From Nannocystis bainbridge (GTDB taxonomy: Bacteria > Myxococcota_A > Polyangia > Nannocystales > Nannocystaceae), in contig NZ_JAQNDL010000002.1 in NCBI RefSeq assembly GCF_028368995.1, forward strand, positions 832,001 to 896,000: DNA of 64,000 nucleotides, in the 5' to 3' direction. Each line of letters begins with the position of its first letter. The first letter of the stretch is position 1. Below the pieces are notes generated by a model, which had not been told where the DNA came from, did no database searches, and was given only the letters and a program-made list of their open reading frames with translations. The position numbers and the translations under genes are program-made. Shown piece after piece: positions 45,659 to 54,068 of the stretch.

Positions 45659-46520
45659 CGCGCCCGCGCCCTCTCAGAGCTCCGCTTCCGATCTTTTCTC
45701 TATCGCTTTGGAGATCGTCTCGCGGGCGGTCCCGCCGCCGGGGGCTGCTGCGATCGCGCCGACTCGGCGCGGGTTGCGTCATCTCGTCGAACTCCTGGCG
45801 GAGGGCGAGCCGGCCGCCCGCATCGAGGCCGTGCTCTCAGATGCACCTGCCGTCGTCGCGGAGGTCAACCCGAAGGCCGCGGAGTTCTACGGTCCCGAGA
45901 TGTTCGTCGGCGAACGCTGGTCGCGTTGGTGCAACGATCAGGCGCGGCTTGCAGCGAAGCGTCAGGGCCCAGCGTTGGCGCAGCGGACAGCCCCTGCCTG
46001 CATCGAACCTGCTCGCGTGGATGAGCGCGCCGAGGTCCGGAAGCTCCTCTCGCTCGTCGAGACTCCTCGTGCGCCCAACCTGTGGGAGCAGACCCAAGCA
46101 TCGAGCTTGCCCGCGCACCAGCGAGCGCTCCTGTTTGCGCCTGATGCCGCACGCGATGCAGCTCGGCGCCTTGAGCAACACGCAACGTCGCAAGGACGCG
46201 AGCTAGCGCTGGACGAACTCCGAGCGGCGCTCGCCGCGGTCGCACCGACACTGGAGCCGCCACGACGCCGGACGAGCGAGGACCTCGAGCGCGAGGAAGA
46301 GCTCGAACTTGCCGAGCGAGCGACCGAGCACCAGCGCCGTACCCAGCAGCTCGCGGCGCTCGACGAGGTCGCCCGCCGCGACCCCGCCCAAGCGGTTCTG
46401 CTTTTCCGTTCGCTGCTCGCACGCGGCGACCTCGACGACGTCGAGCAACGACTCGTCGAGCAACGACTCTCGCAACTCTTGCAGCGGCAAGTCGCCGCTG
46501 CGGAGGACGACTCACGATGA
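45659..46520 (+). pseudogene. 3' part of a hypothetical gene interrupted by IS110 (5' part TTG 44233-44255)
   Basis: Removing the IS yields an 885-nt open frame; stop overlaps next ATG (ATGA). Confidence 0.55.
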
Positions 46521-48550
46521 CACGGCGGCGTCAGCTAAGCATTGACGACCTGCTCGAAGGGACAGACATGGCGAGCAAGAGTACCAAGAAGGCACCGACA
46601 AATCGGGCTGCAGCGACTGCGGCCAAGCCCGCCCAGGCGGGCAAACCCAAGTCAGCGAAGCCGACCAAGGCCGCGGCGAAGGTCGCCGAGGAGGAGGCGG
46701 CTTCAGCCATCGCGCCCAGCTGGTGCTACGCGGCAGCGGTTGCGTGCGACCTCGTGCTGCGTGATCTCGAATGGCAGGCAACGCGCCGGGCCAAGTCGCT
46801 GCCGCGATGGGAGGATGGTGGCGTCGTCCCGTGCTTCCTCGCCGTGTTGGTGCGCGAGGGGCCTGGCGTGCTGGAGCGCGTGCACGAGCTGCTGCCGAGC
46901 TGCCCGCGGGACTGGCGTGGGTGGGCCGCCGAACGGGACGCGCTGTTCGAGAAGGCCGGCGTGGTCCTCGACTTCCGCAAGCTGGCCGACCGTCAGGTCG
47001 TCCAGGTGAGCCCGCATCACATCGAGCTCGCCACCGACCCGAAACATTCGATGTTCGACCGGCGCGCCCTCCTGCCGCCCGACCGCGGCTTGGCGGAGTC
47101 GATCAAGGCCGTGGGCGAGGTCGTCGAGGTCCTGCAACTGACGCCGCACGAGGACGAGGACGGCACGACCAGGCTGTACTCGGGGAGCGGGAGTCGGCGC
47201 ACGCAGGCGACCCGCCTGGCGAACCGCCTCCTGCTCGAGGAGTGGATGCAGCAGGTTCGCCGCACCAACGACGGGAAGCGCGCGACGCTGGCGCCGCCGG
47301 TGTTGATTCGGACGGTTCACGCGATGGTCCGGCGAGAAGGCAAGGCGCGCACGGTGGCCGCGGTGGTGGCCAACCAGATGCGGCTCGAGGAGGATCTGAT
47401 CCGCGAGGCGGACGGCGTCGAGCAGCTGCTCGCCGCCGGCTACCGCCTCGAGGACGTTGCAGCTCGCACGGGTAAGAGCCTCCGCACCGTGACGAACCTG
47501 CACAGCCTGAACAAGCTCGCGGCCGAACTGCGCGACGAGGTGACGCAGGGGAAGCTGCCGGCGGTGGTGGCGTACAGGCTGGCCATGGAGCCGTCGAAGA
47601 AACGTCAAGTCGAGGCGGCGCGCGCGACCGACTCCTACAAGACCGGCGGTCCCCGCTGCCAGGCGATCGATTGCTATCTCGCTGGGCAACCGTTGCCCGT
47701 GGTGGCGCCCAAGAAGCCGACGATGGCCAGCCGGACCATCCACGCGGCCGCGGAACGCCTCGCTGCCGCCTCGCTGCCGGCCGAGCTCGGGCCGTTCGTG
47801 CTGATGGCCAAGGCCATGGCCGGCGACCACGATGCGATGGCGGCCCTACCGCCGCAGATCCGTGGCGCCTTCGTGGATCCGGCGAAGCAGGCGAAACAGC
47901 GGCTGCGGTGGCAGGAAGCGGGCTTCGACGAGACCTCGCAGATGGCGTGGATGGCGGCGAGCGACGAGATCGGCCCCGAGCAAGCGAAACGCCTGCAGGG
48001 GGTTGGGGCGCTGCCCGAACACCTGAACCTATCGCCCACGGTTCACCTGCTCGACGAGGTCGAGGAGGAGTCCTGGGGCCTCGCCAGCGACACGGTCACG
48101 CTCGGGAGCCTGCTCGACGACTTCATCATCAATGAGGCGCAAGTCGCAGCCGATGCTGGTCGCGACGGGCAACGCGTCACGACATACGCGGAGCATGAGG
48201 AGCTTCGCTGGAGTCGGCGAGGGTTCACGAGCGAGGAAACGGCCTCGTGGCGCCAGGCGACGCAGACGCCCAGCCTCGAGTCGGGCTGCTCGAGCGAGAT
48301 GGCCGCCGCGTTGCGCGACTCGGGCGTCACGCCCGCGATGCTGCTGCTGGCTCCGACGGGCGACCTCTTGGGGAAGTACGTTGCAAGCTGGGACTTCGAG
48401 ACCAACGAGCGACTCAGTCTGGGTCTGTTCGTGATGGAGGCCGGTCTCGAAGTCGCCGAGGTCCTGAAAGATGCCGCCTCCAGCGACCAGCGCTTCGCTA
48501 CCGGCGGCGAAGCGCTGGCGCTCCTGGAAGCGGAGGACGCGGCCGAATAG
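46517..48550 (+). CDS. ParB/Srx-like domain plus HTH protein
   Basis: LAESIKAVG, GSRRTQA (GxRR patch), ANQMR, 'LEDVAARTGKSLRTVTN..L.KL'. Confidence 0.7.
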   Translation: MTRRRQLSIDDLLEGTDMASKSTKKAPTNRAAATAAKPAQAGKPKSAKPTKAAAKVAEEEAASAIAPSWCYAAAVACDLVLRDLEWQATRRAKSLPRWEDGGVVPCFLAVLVREGPGVLERVHELLPSCPRDWRGWAAERDALFEKAGVVLDFRKLADRQVVQVSPHHIELATDPKHSMFDRRALLPPDRGLAESIKAVGEVVEVLQLTPHEDEDGTTRLYSGSGSRRTQATRLANRLLLEEWMQQVRRTNDGKRATLAPPVLIRTVHAMVRREGKARTVAAVVANQMRLEEDLIREADGVEQLLAAGYRLEDVAARTGKSLRTVTNLHSLNKLAAELRDEVTQGKLPAVVAYRLAMEPSKKRQVEAARATDSYKTGGPRCQAIDCYLAGQPLPVVAPKKPTMASRTIHAAAERLAAASLPAELGPFVLMAKAMAGDHDAMAALPPQIRGAFVDPAKQAKQRLRWQEAGFDETSQMAWMAASDEIGPEQAKRLQGVGALPEHLNLSPTVHLLDEVEEESWGLASDTVTLGSLLDDFIINEAQVAADAGRDGQRVTTYAEHEELRWSRRGFTSEETASWRQATQTPSLESGCSSEMAAALRDSGVTPAMLLLAPTGDLLGKYVASWDFETNERLSLGLFVMEAGLEVAEVLKDAASSDQRFATGGEALALLEAEDAAE

Positions 48551-48626
48551 GCGTAATGCCGGCGAAGGAAGCTGGCGCTGATGCACCAACGCAAACTGAC
48601 GCTCGGCCCGATGGCGAGCGGAATGG

Positions 48627-48989
48627 ATGGAAGACATGGAGTTGACGGAACAGGAGAAAATCTTCGCGCAGAGGCTGAAGGGGGATCCCAACGCCCACGC
48701 CTACTGCCTGCTCGCCGCGGTGCTGCAGGCGATCGCCAATCTCGCGGCATCTCTTGCGACGACCCAGCGACCACGGGCGCAGGTCCATGAGATCGTCGTG
48801 GCGTTAGTCGCCACCATGACGGCGCTCCAGGAGCGGCGTCAGGACTGGTCGGAACAGGCAGGGACGCTCGAGGCGCATCTGGGCGCTTTCATCAAGACGG
48901 TGCCGGATGACCTGAAACCCACCCTGGGCACGTACCTGGCGAAGATCCGCGAGGCGCGGGCGGTGGGCCCCGCAGAAGGCGAGGGGTGA
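48627..48989 (+). CDS. Hypothetical protein
   Basis: Helical ORF with coding-like bias, TGATG coupling downstream. Confidence 0.6.
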   Translation: MEDMELTEQEKIFAQRLKGDPNAHAYCLLAAVLQAIANLAASLATTQRPRAQVHEIVVALVATMTALQERRQDWSEQAGTLEAHLGAFIKTVPDDLKPTLGTYLAKIREARAVGPAEGEG

Positions 48990-49497
48990 TGGCGCGACTC
49001 GAACAGCCGCAGAAGGGACGTCACGTTCAGCTTTCAGAGAAGGCGCCGACTGGGGGACCGCCTCCGGAGGCAACCATGCCCTACCTGCCAATATCGCGTG
49101 AGACACGGCTCCTTCGGAATTCAGAGAGCAGGGCGAGACCGTGAATCGAGAACATGAGTCACCAAACCATCGAGAAGAGCGGTAACGGAGAGCAATCGAG
49201 TAGATCGGACGAGAGCACGGCAAGGCCGTTGGGCGCCGATACGGCGAGTCAGCAATCGTATAGTCCCGTCGAAGTTCTTGCTTCACCTACAGCGGGCCCG
49301 ATCGCCAGGAGCGCCCTGCTGCGGAGCAGAGACAAGGAGCAATCGAGTCGGCGAGGCGAGAGCGCGTCGAGGTCGCCGGGTACCGATGCGGCGAGTCAGC
49401 AAGGGCGTAGTCCCGTCGAAATTCTTGCTGCGCTTGCGGCGATGCCGAGGCGCACTCGCGGGTGGAGTTCGGGCTCGAATCGGGCGAGGAAGGAGGC

Positions 49498-49905
49498 ATG
49501 GATCTGATGGCGACTCAAGCACGAGAGCCCGACCCCGAGACCGCCGAGAAGGCGACGCGTCGCAGCTTCACGCCGGCGTACAAGCGGAAGATCCTCGCGC
49601 AGACCGACCACGCGAGCGATGGGCAGATCGGCGCCATCCTGCGCAAGGAGGGCCTGTACAGCTCGCTGTTGTCGACCTGGAGGCGGCAGCGAGACGAGGG
49701 TACGCTGGGCGCGTTGAAGCCGAAGAAACGCGGACCGAAGCCGAAGCAGGACCCCGAGCAGAAGGAGCTGGAGCGCCTGCGCCGCCGTGTGGCGCAGCTC
49801 GAGCACAAGCTCGAGACGGCGGAGCTGATCATCGATGTCCAAAAAAAAGTCTCGCAATTGCTCGGGATCCCGCTCGCGACGATCGATCCGTCCGAGAAGC
49901 CCTGA
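49498..49905 (+). CDS. IS3 transposase OrfA
   Basis: RRSFTPAYKRKIL, LRKEGLYSS..WR, coiled coil; A8G slippery site 49841-49849. Confidence 0.85.
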   Translation: MDLMATQAREPDPETAEKATRRSFTPAYKRKILAQTDHASDGQIGAILRKEGLYSSLLSTWRRQRDEGTLGALKPKKRGPKPKQDPEQKELERLRRRVAQLEHKLETAELIIDVQKKVSQLLGIPLATIDPSEKP

Positions 49906-51023
49906 TCGCGCAAGCGGACGATCTGTCCGCGAGGACAGGTCTGTCGCGGGCGTGCGAGGCGCTGGGGGTCTCGCGGGCGACCGTGTACCGTCGGCGCCGC
50001 CCTGCGCCGTCGCCGAGCTCGGCGAAGCCGCGGCCGTCGCCACGGGCGCTGAGCGCGGTGGAGCGCCAGGAGGTGCTGGAACTGCTGCACAGCGAGCGCT
50101 TCGTCGACAAGGCGCCCGAGGTCATCGTGCCGATGCTGCTCGACGAGCAGCGCTGGCTATGCAGCGCGCGCACCATGTATCGCCTGCTCGCCGCCGAGGG
50201 CGAGCTCCGCGAGCGCCGGCGACAGCGGCGGCACCCCGAGTACAAGCGCCCCGAGCTGCTGGCGACCGCGCCGAACCAGGTGTGGTCGTGGGACGTCACC
50301 TGGCTGCGGGGACCGACGAAGGGCCAATACTATTACCTGTACGTCCTGCTCGACATCTACAGCCGCTGCGTCGTCGGCTGGACCCTGGCGCGCCGCGAGA
50401 GCGCCGACATCGCTGCGCGCCTGATCCGCGCCGCCTGCGACAAGCAGAACATTCAACCTGACCAATTGACCATCCACGCCGATCGCGGCGCCGTCCCGAC
50501 CTCCCGCGAGCTCGCCGACCTTTACGACGTCCTCGGCGCCCGCCGCTCGCACAGCCGGCCCCACGTCAGCGACGACAATCCGTACTCGGAGGCCCACTTC
50601 AAGACCCTCAAGTATACCCACGACTACCCCGACCGCTTCGCCTCCTACGACCACGCCCACGCCTTCTGCGGCCGCTTCGTCGACGGCTACAACCATCACC
50701 ACCGCCACTCCGGCATCGCCTTCCTGGCGCCCGCCGACGTGCATTACGGCCGCACCGAGGCCATCCTGTCCATCAGGGCTGCCGCCCTCCACGCCGCCTA
50801 CGAAGCCCATCCCGAGCGCTTCGTCCGCGGACTGTCCACGCCGCGCCGGCCTCCCGCCGCGGTCTACATCAACCCACCGCGCCGCCTCGAACGCGGCCTT
50901 CGCGAGTACGACGTCCATGTCCTTTCGGACGGGTGCAGCACGACCGATCCATCCTTTCATCACCACTCCGGCGAAATCTCACAATCACTAAACCCGACCA
51001 ACACCGTGTCTCAAAGTCATTGA
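49847..51023 (+). CDS. IS3 transposase OrfB (DDE), reached by -1 frameshift
   Basis: PNQVWSWDVT, LDIYSR, HADRG, DNPYSEAHFKTLK; start coordinate marks the shift region. Confidence 0.88.
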
Positions 51024-51035
51024 CAGGCTCCGGAC

Positions 51036-51374
51036 ATGACGGGCCGCGACTCCTCTGCGGAGTTCCTCGAGGTGACCTGGGCCTTTCAGGAGTGCGTGCG
51101 GTTGCTCGAGCATCCGGACGCCCCCGTTAGCGACGAGCCGCCGGGCTCGACGTCCGCTGCGGGCATGCCTCCATGGGCGCAAGCAGTCGAGGAGGAGTTC
51201 AACAAGGAGAAGAACGCGCTCCTTGAGGAGTGGCGCCGCGTGAAGCGGGCCGCCACCGCGAGCGAAGCGCTAGAGGGGCTCGGAGCGCTCGCCACGCGAG
51301 CCGAGCGCTACCATCGCGCCGGCCGTGAGGTGGTGGCCGGAGTACGAGTGTTCCGGCGAATGTTCAGCAAGTGA
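51036..51374 (+). CDS. Hypothetical protein, separated from its upstream RBS/5' part by IS3
   Basis: ATG lies in the duplicated CATG; GGAGG-caacc-ATG left at 49066-49078. Confidence 0.55.
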   Translation: MTGRDSSAEFLEVTWAFQECVRLLEHPDAPVSDEPPGSTSAAGMPPWAQAVEEEFNKEKNALLEEWRRVKRAATASEALEGLGALATRAERYHRAGREVVAGVRVFRRMFSK

Positions 51375-51439
51375 CCCTGCTGCGTGGCGCTCGCCACGCG
51401 TGCCGAGCGCTACGTGAGGGACCCGCGGTTACAGCCGCG

Positions 51440-51862
51440 TCAGTCCTTTTGTCGAGTTCTGCCGAAACTGAACGCCCCGCCAGCGATGGAGATCATGGTC
51501 AAAATGATGAGGCCGGTCTCTTTGTCGTAGAAGAGAAGAAGCAGGGCCCCGATAACTAGGACAAGGATGACGGTTCCCGTCACATATAACCGATGCAGCT
51601 GCAGCGCATTTTCCCGCTGCAGGTGCCGGTCCGCGAACTCAAGCTCCTCACGCCCTTGTTCTCTACGCGCTGCGATGTCGGTTTCTGTGACGCGGACCAG
51701 GGGCTGGATCACCATGTCGCGAACCGCGAGCAGCAGGGCGCTCTGCTGTTCGCTCAGCGCAGGGTGGACGCCTTCCTCTTCTGGTTGCAGGACCTCTGGC
51801 GAGTCCTCATCTCCCACGTGCTGCAACGCTTGCTCGTTACTCGTCTTGTTGGGGTCGCTCAC
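51440..51862 (-). CDS. Two-TM membrane protein (DUF2335-like cargo)
   Basis: Acidic N-terminus, helix, two C-terminal TMs, lower GC. Confidence 0.6.
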   Translation of the reverse strand: MSDPNKTSNEQALQHVGDEDSPEVLQPEEEGVHPALSEQQSALLLAVRDMVIQPLVRVTETDIAARREQGREELEFADRHLQRENALQLHRLYVTGTVILVLVIGALLLLFYDKETGLIILTMISIAGGAFSFGRTRQKD

Positions 51863-52083
51863 TTCTTGCTCGGCTCGCTCTTCACGGAGCTCTGGGCACC
51901 GCGTTCATAGCTCTCTGGGCCCCGAATCACTAACCCACCGACTCTCGCTGCGACGTTGCCGATCGTGACCACGACCTGCGCTACCTCGCTTGAATTTTGC
52001 GATTGGAATTGTCCGGACGGAGTGGCAGTCCGGACACGCTCCAGAGCACGCTGGACATCACGCTTGGCGTTGGCGTTTGTCAT
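51859..52083 (-). CDS. Small hypothetical protein
   Basis: AAGGAG RBS before ATG 52083; GTGA overlap with downstream gene. Confidence 0.45.
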   Translation of the reverse strand: MTNANAKRDVQRALERVRTATPSGQFQSQNSSEVAQVVVTIGNVAARVGGLVIRGPESYERGAQSSVKSEPSKK

Positions 52084-52212
52084 GCTCCTTGGACAGTAGC
52101 ACAACCATCAGCGCCGTCTTGTCCCCTGGGTAGGCCATGTCCGCCCGTGACCGAGCTCGAGTTGGCGCTTGGAGTAGGGGGCTGCCTGTGGAGCCATGCA
52201 TAAGCTATGCAC

Positions 52213-52300
52213 AGCGCCCCTAGCGCGATGCAGTAGCGCCCCTAGCGCGATGCAGTAGCGCCCCTAGCGCGATGCAATAGCGCCCCTAGCGCGATGCAGG
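52213..52300. repeat. 4 x 22-bp tandem repeat, iteron-like
   Basis: AGCGCCCCTAGCGCGATGCAGT at 52213, 52235, 52257, 52279 with no spacers. Confidence 0.95.
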
Positions 52301-52369
52301 CGCCTTGGCGAGGACCTCAACGAGACGGCCACCTCGATGAAGACGAGGACGAGGTTGGAGTCGTCCAAT

Positions 52370-52407
52370 AAAACCAAAAAAAGACCCGGTGGGTTGCACC
52401 GGGTCTT
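52370..52407 (-). terminator. Intrinsic terminator facing transcription entering from the right junction
   Basis: Stem AAGACCCGGTG/CACCGGGTCTT with A-run on its left. Confidence 0.8.
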
Positions 52408-52453
52408 CCGAGTCGCGGGTCGCGTCCGCAACTCTTGTCCGCAAATTTATTTT

Positions 52454-52478
52454 GCCCTCTTGATTTTTTCAAGGGGGC
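52454..52478. promoter_or_regulatory. Operator-like palindrome upstream of outward-facing RBS/ATG
   Basis: GCCCTCTTGA-ttttt-TCAAGGGGGC in an AT-rich tract; AGGAG at 52499, ATG at 52510. Confidence 0.5.
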
Positions 52479-52550
52479 CTGGCGTCATGCATCCACACAG
52501 GAGATGCCCATGTCGTCGCGTGACTTGGTCTTCTCCCGGGGTGACCTGTC

Positions 52551-52574
52551 CCCCACAGTAGGGACAAGGTTTCA
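52551..52574. repeat. Right att repeat, next to original host ATG (52575, - strand)
   Basis: Minus strand reads ATG AAA CCT TGT CCC TAC TGT GGG = MKPCPYCG. Confidence 0.85.
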
Positions 52575-52722
52575 TTAGAGCGAGAAGCATACCGGGCCCT
52601 GCGGCCGCGACCCAGCATCGGGGTGATTCGAGCCCGAGTCCTCCCATGAGGAAGGTCTCGCCTATCGCTGCTGCGCGGCGTAATGGCTCTCGGGCAAGCT
52701 GGCTCCGCTCGTTTCTCGGCCC

Positions 52723-53829
52723 ATGAAGCGCGACCACCACCTCTCGTCGTTCCTGCGCAAACCCCCGGCTCGCCTCGATCTGGCGACCTTGCCGACCCCG
52801 GTCGAGCGGGCGCCGTGGCTCGACGCTCCAGGCGCCGCGGTCTACGTCAAGCGCGACGATCAGACCAGCCGACTCTATGGCGGCGGCAAAGTCCGCAAGC
52901 TGGAGTGGCTGCTCGCCAACCCGCCGTACGACGATCGACGTCCGATCCTCTCGGTCGGTGGGATCGGCAGCCACCACCTCGTCGCCCTCGCGCTGCACCT
53001 CCAGGCCCAGGACCGCGAGCTGCACGCGTGGGTGTTCGACCAGGTGCCGACCGAGCACACGCTCGACGATCTGGCGGTGTTGCTGTCGACCGGGGCCAAG
53101 CTGTGGGCCGTGCCGACGCGGCCGGCGCTGCCGCTGGCGTGGCTGGGCTATCGCACGTGGGCGAAGCCGCCGCAGAGCGGGGTCTACATGCCGCCGGGCG
53201 GGACCACCGGGATCGGTTGCCTCGGCTTCGTCGAGGCCGGGCTCGAGCTGGCCCAGCAGGTCAAGGAGGGCCTGCTGCCGGCCCCGCAGGCGCTCTACGT
53301 CACCGGGGGCACGTGCGGCTCGTGTTGTGGGCTGGCGCTCGGGCTGGCGCTCGCGGGCCTGCCGGTGCGCATCCGCGTGGTCTCGGCGCTCGAGCGCCTG
53401 TACCTCGGGACATACTTGCTGAAGCGCACGCTGAACCAGGCCTTCGCCGCCCTGGTGGACGCCGGGCTGCAGCCCGAGCTGGCCGCGCTCGGTCCGGCCG
53501 GGCTGCTCGCGCGCGCCGGCGTGACCTGGTCGATCGATCACTCGCAGGTCGGCTCCGGATACGCCGTGCCGACCACGGCCGGGCAGGAGGCGGTGGACCT
53601 GGCCGCGGGCGGCGGGCTCGAGCTCGAGACGACCTATACCGGCAAGTGCCTGGCCGCGCTGCGTCGCGACCTCGCGGCCGGCGAGGTCGCGGGGCCGGTG
53701 CTGTTCTGGGACACCCACGGGGCCACCGACCTGCGGCCGCACATCGTCGCCGGCTGGCAGGCGCGCGTGCCCCTGGCGCTGCGGCGGCGACTGATCCGCG
53801 CCGGCGCGGCCCTGCCGGCCGCGCGCTGA
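52723..53829 (+). CDS. ACC deaminase/D-cysteine desulfhydrase family PLP enzyme
   Basis: LPTPV, VKRDD, GGGKVRKL, GGIGSHH, LETTYTGK. Confidence 0.85.
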   Translation: MKRDHHLSSFLRKPPARLDLATLPTPVERAPWLDAPGAAVYVKRDDQTSRLYGGGKVRKLEWLLANPPYDDRRPILSVGGIGSHHLVALALHLQAQDRELHAWVFDQVPTEHTLDDLAVLLSTGAKLWAVPTRPALPLAWLGYRTWAKPPQSGVYMPPGGTTGIGCLGFVEAGLELAQQVKEGLLPAPQALYVTGGTCGSCCGLALGLALAGLPVRIRVVSALERLYLGTYLLKRTLNQAFAALVDAGLQPELAALGPAGLLARAGVTWSIDHSQVGSGYAVPTTAGQEAVDLAAGGGLELETTYTGKCLAALRRDLAAGEVAGPVLFWDTHGATDLRPHIVAGWQARVPLALRRRLIRAGAALPAAR

Positions 53830-54068
53830 CCACGGCGCGCCCGCGGTCGGACGGACGATCGCACATGCCCCGAAGGGCATGTCGCACAGGACATGTCCGA
53901 AGGGGCAGCACGGTCGATGGCCAGGGCAGGACCGTCCTCGGCGGCCGGAGGCGGTCGGGCGGGGTCGAGCTCCGGATCCGGCCGTCCTCGGCGGCCGGCG
54001 GCCGTCCGGGCCCGGCAGAACGGTTTGTGCTTGCGCCGGGGGGGCCTTCGGGTCAATGTCCGGCCGCC

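Larger units (their letters stand above)
49079..51034 (+). mobile_element. IS3-family insertion sequence (ends approximate)
   Basis: Imperfect IRs CCTGcCAAT..TGAGACACGG (49084) and CCGTGTCTCA..ATTGACAGG (51004); CATG on both flanks. Confidence 0.8.

Noticed and set aside
52213-52300. CRISPR array
   Set aside because: Repeats are contiguous with no spacers; no cas genes
52683-54068. 1193-aa extended FadJ ORF
   Set aside because: N-terminal 462 codons are an Arg/Ala/Pro-rich shadow frame over the PLP-enzyme gene; real start is ATG 54069
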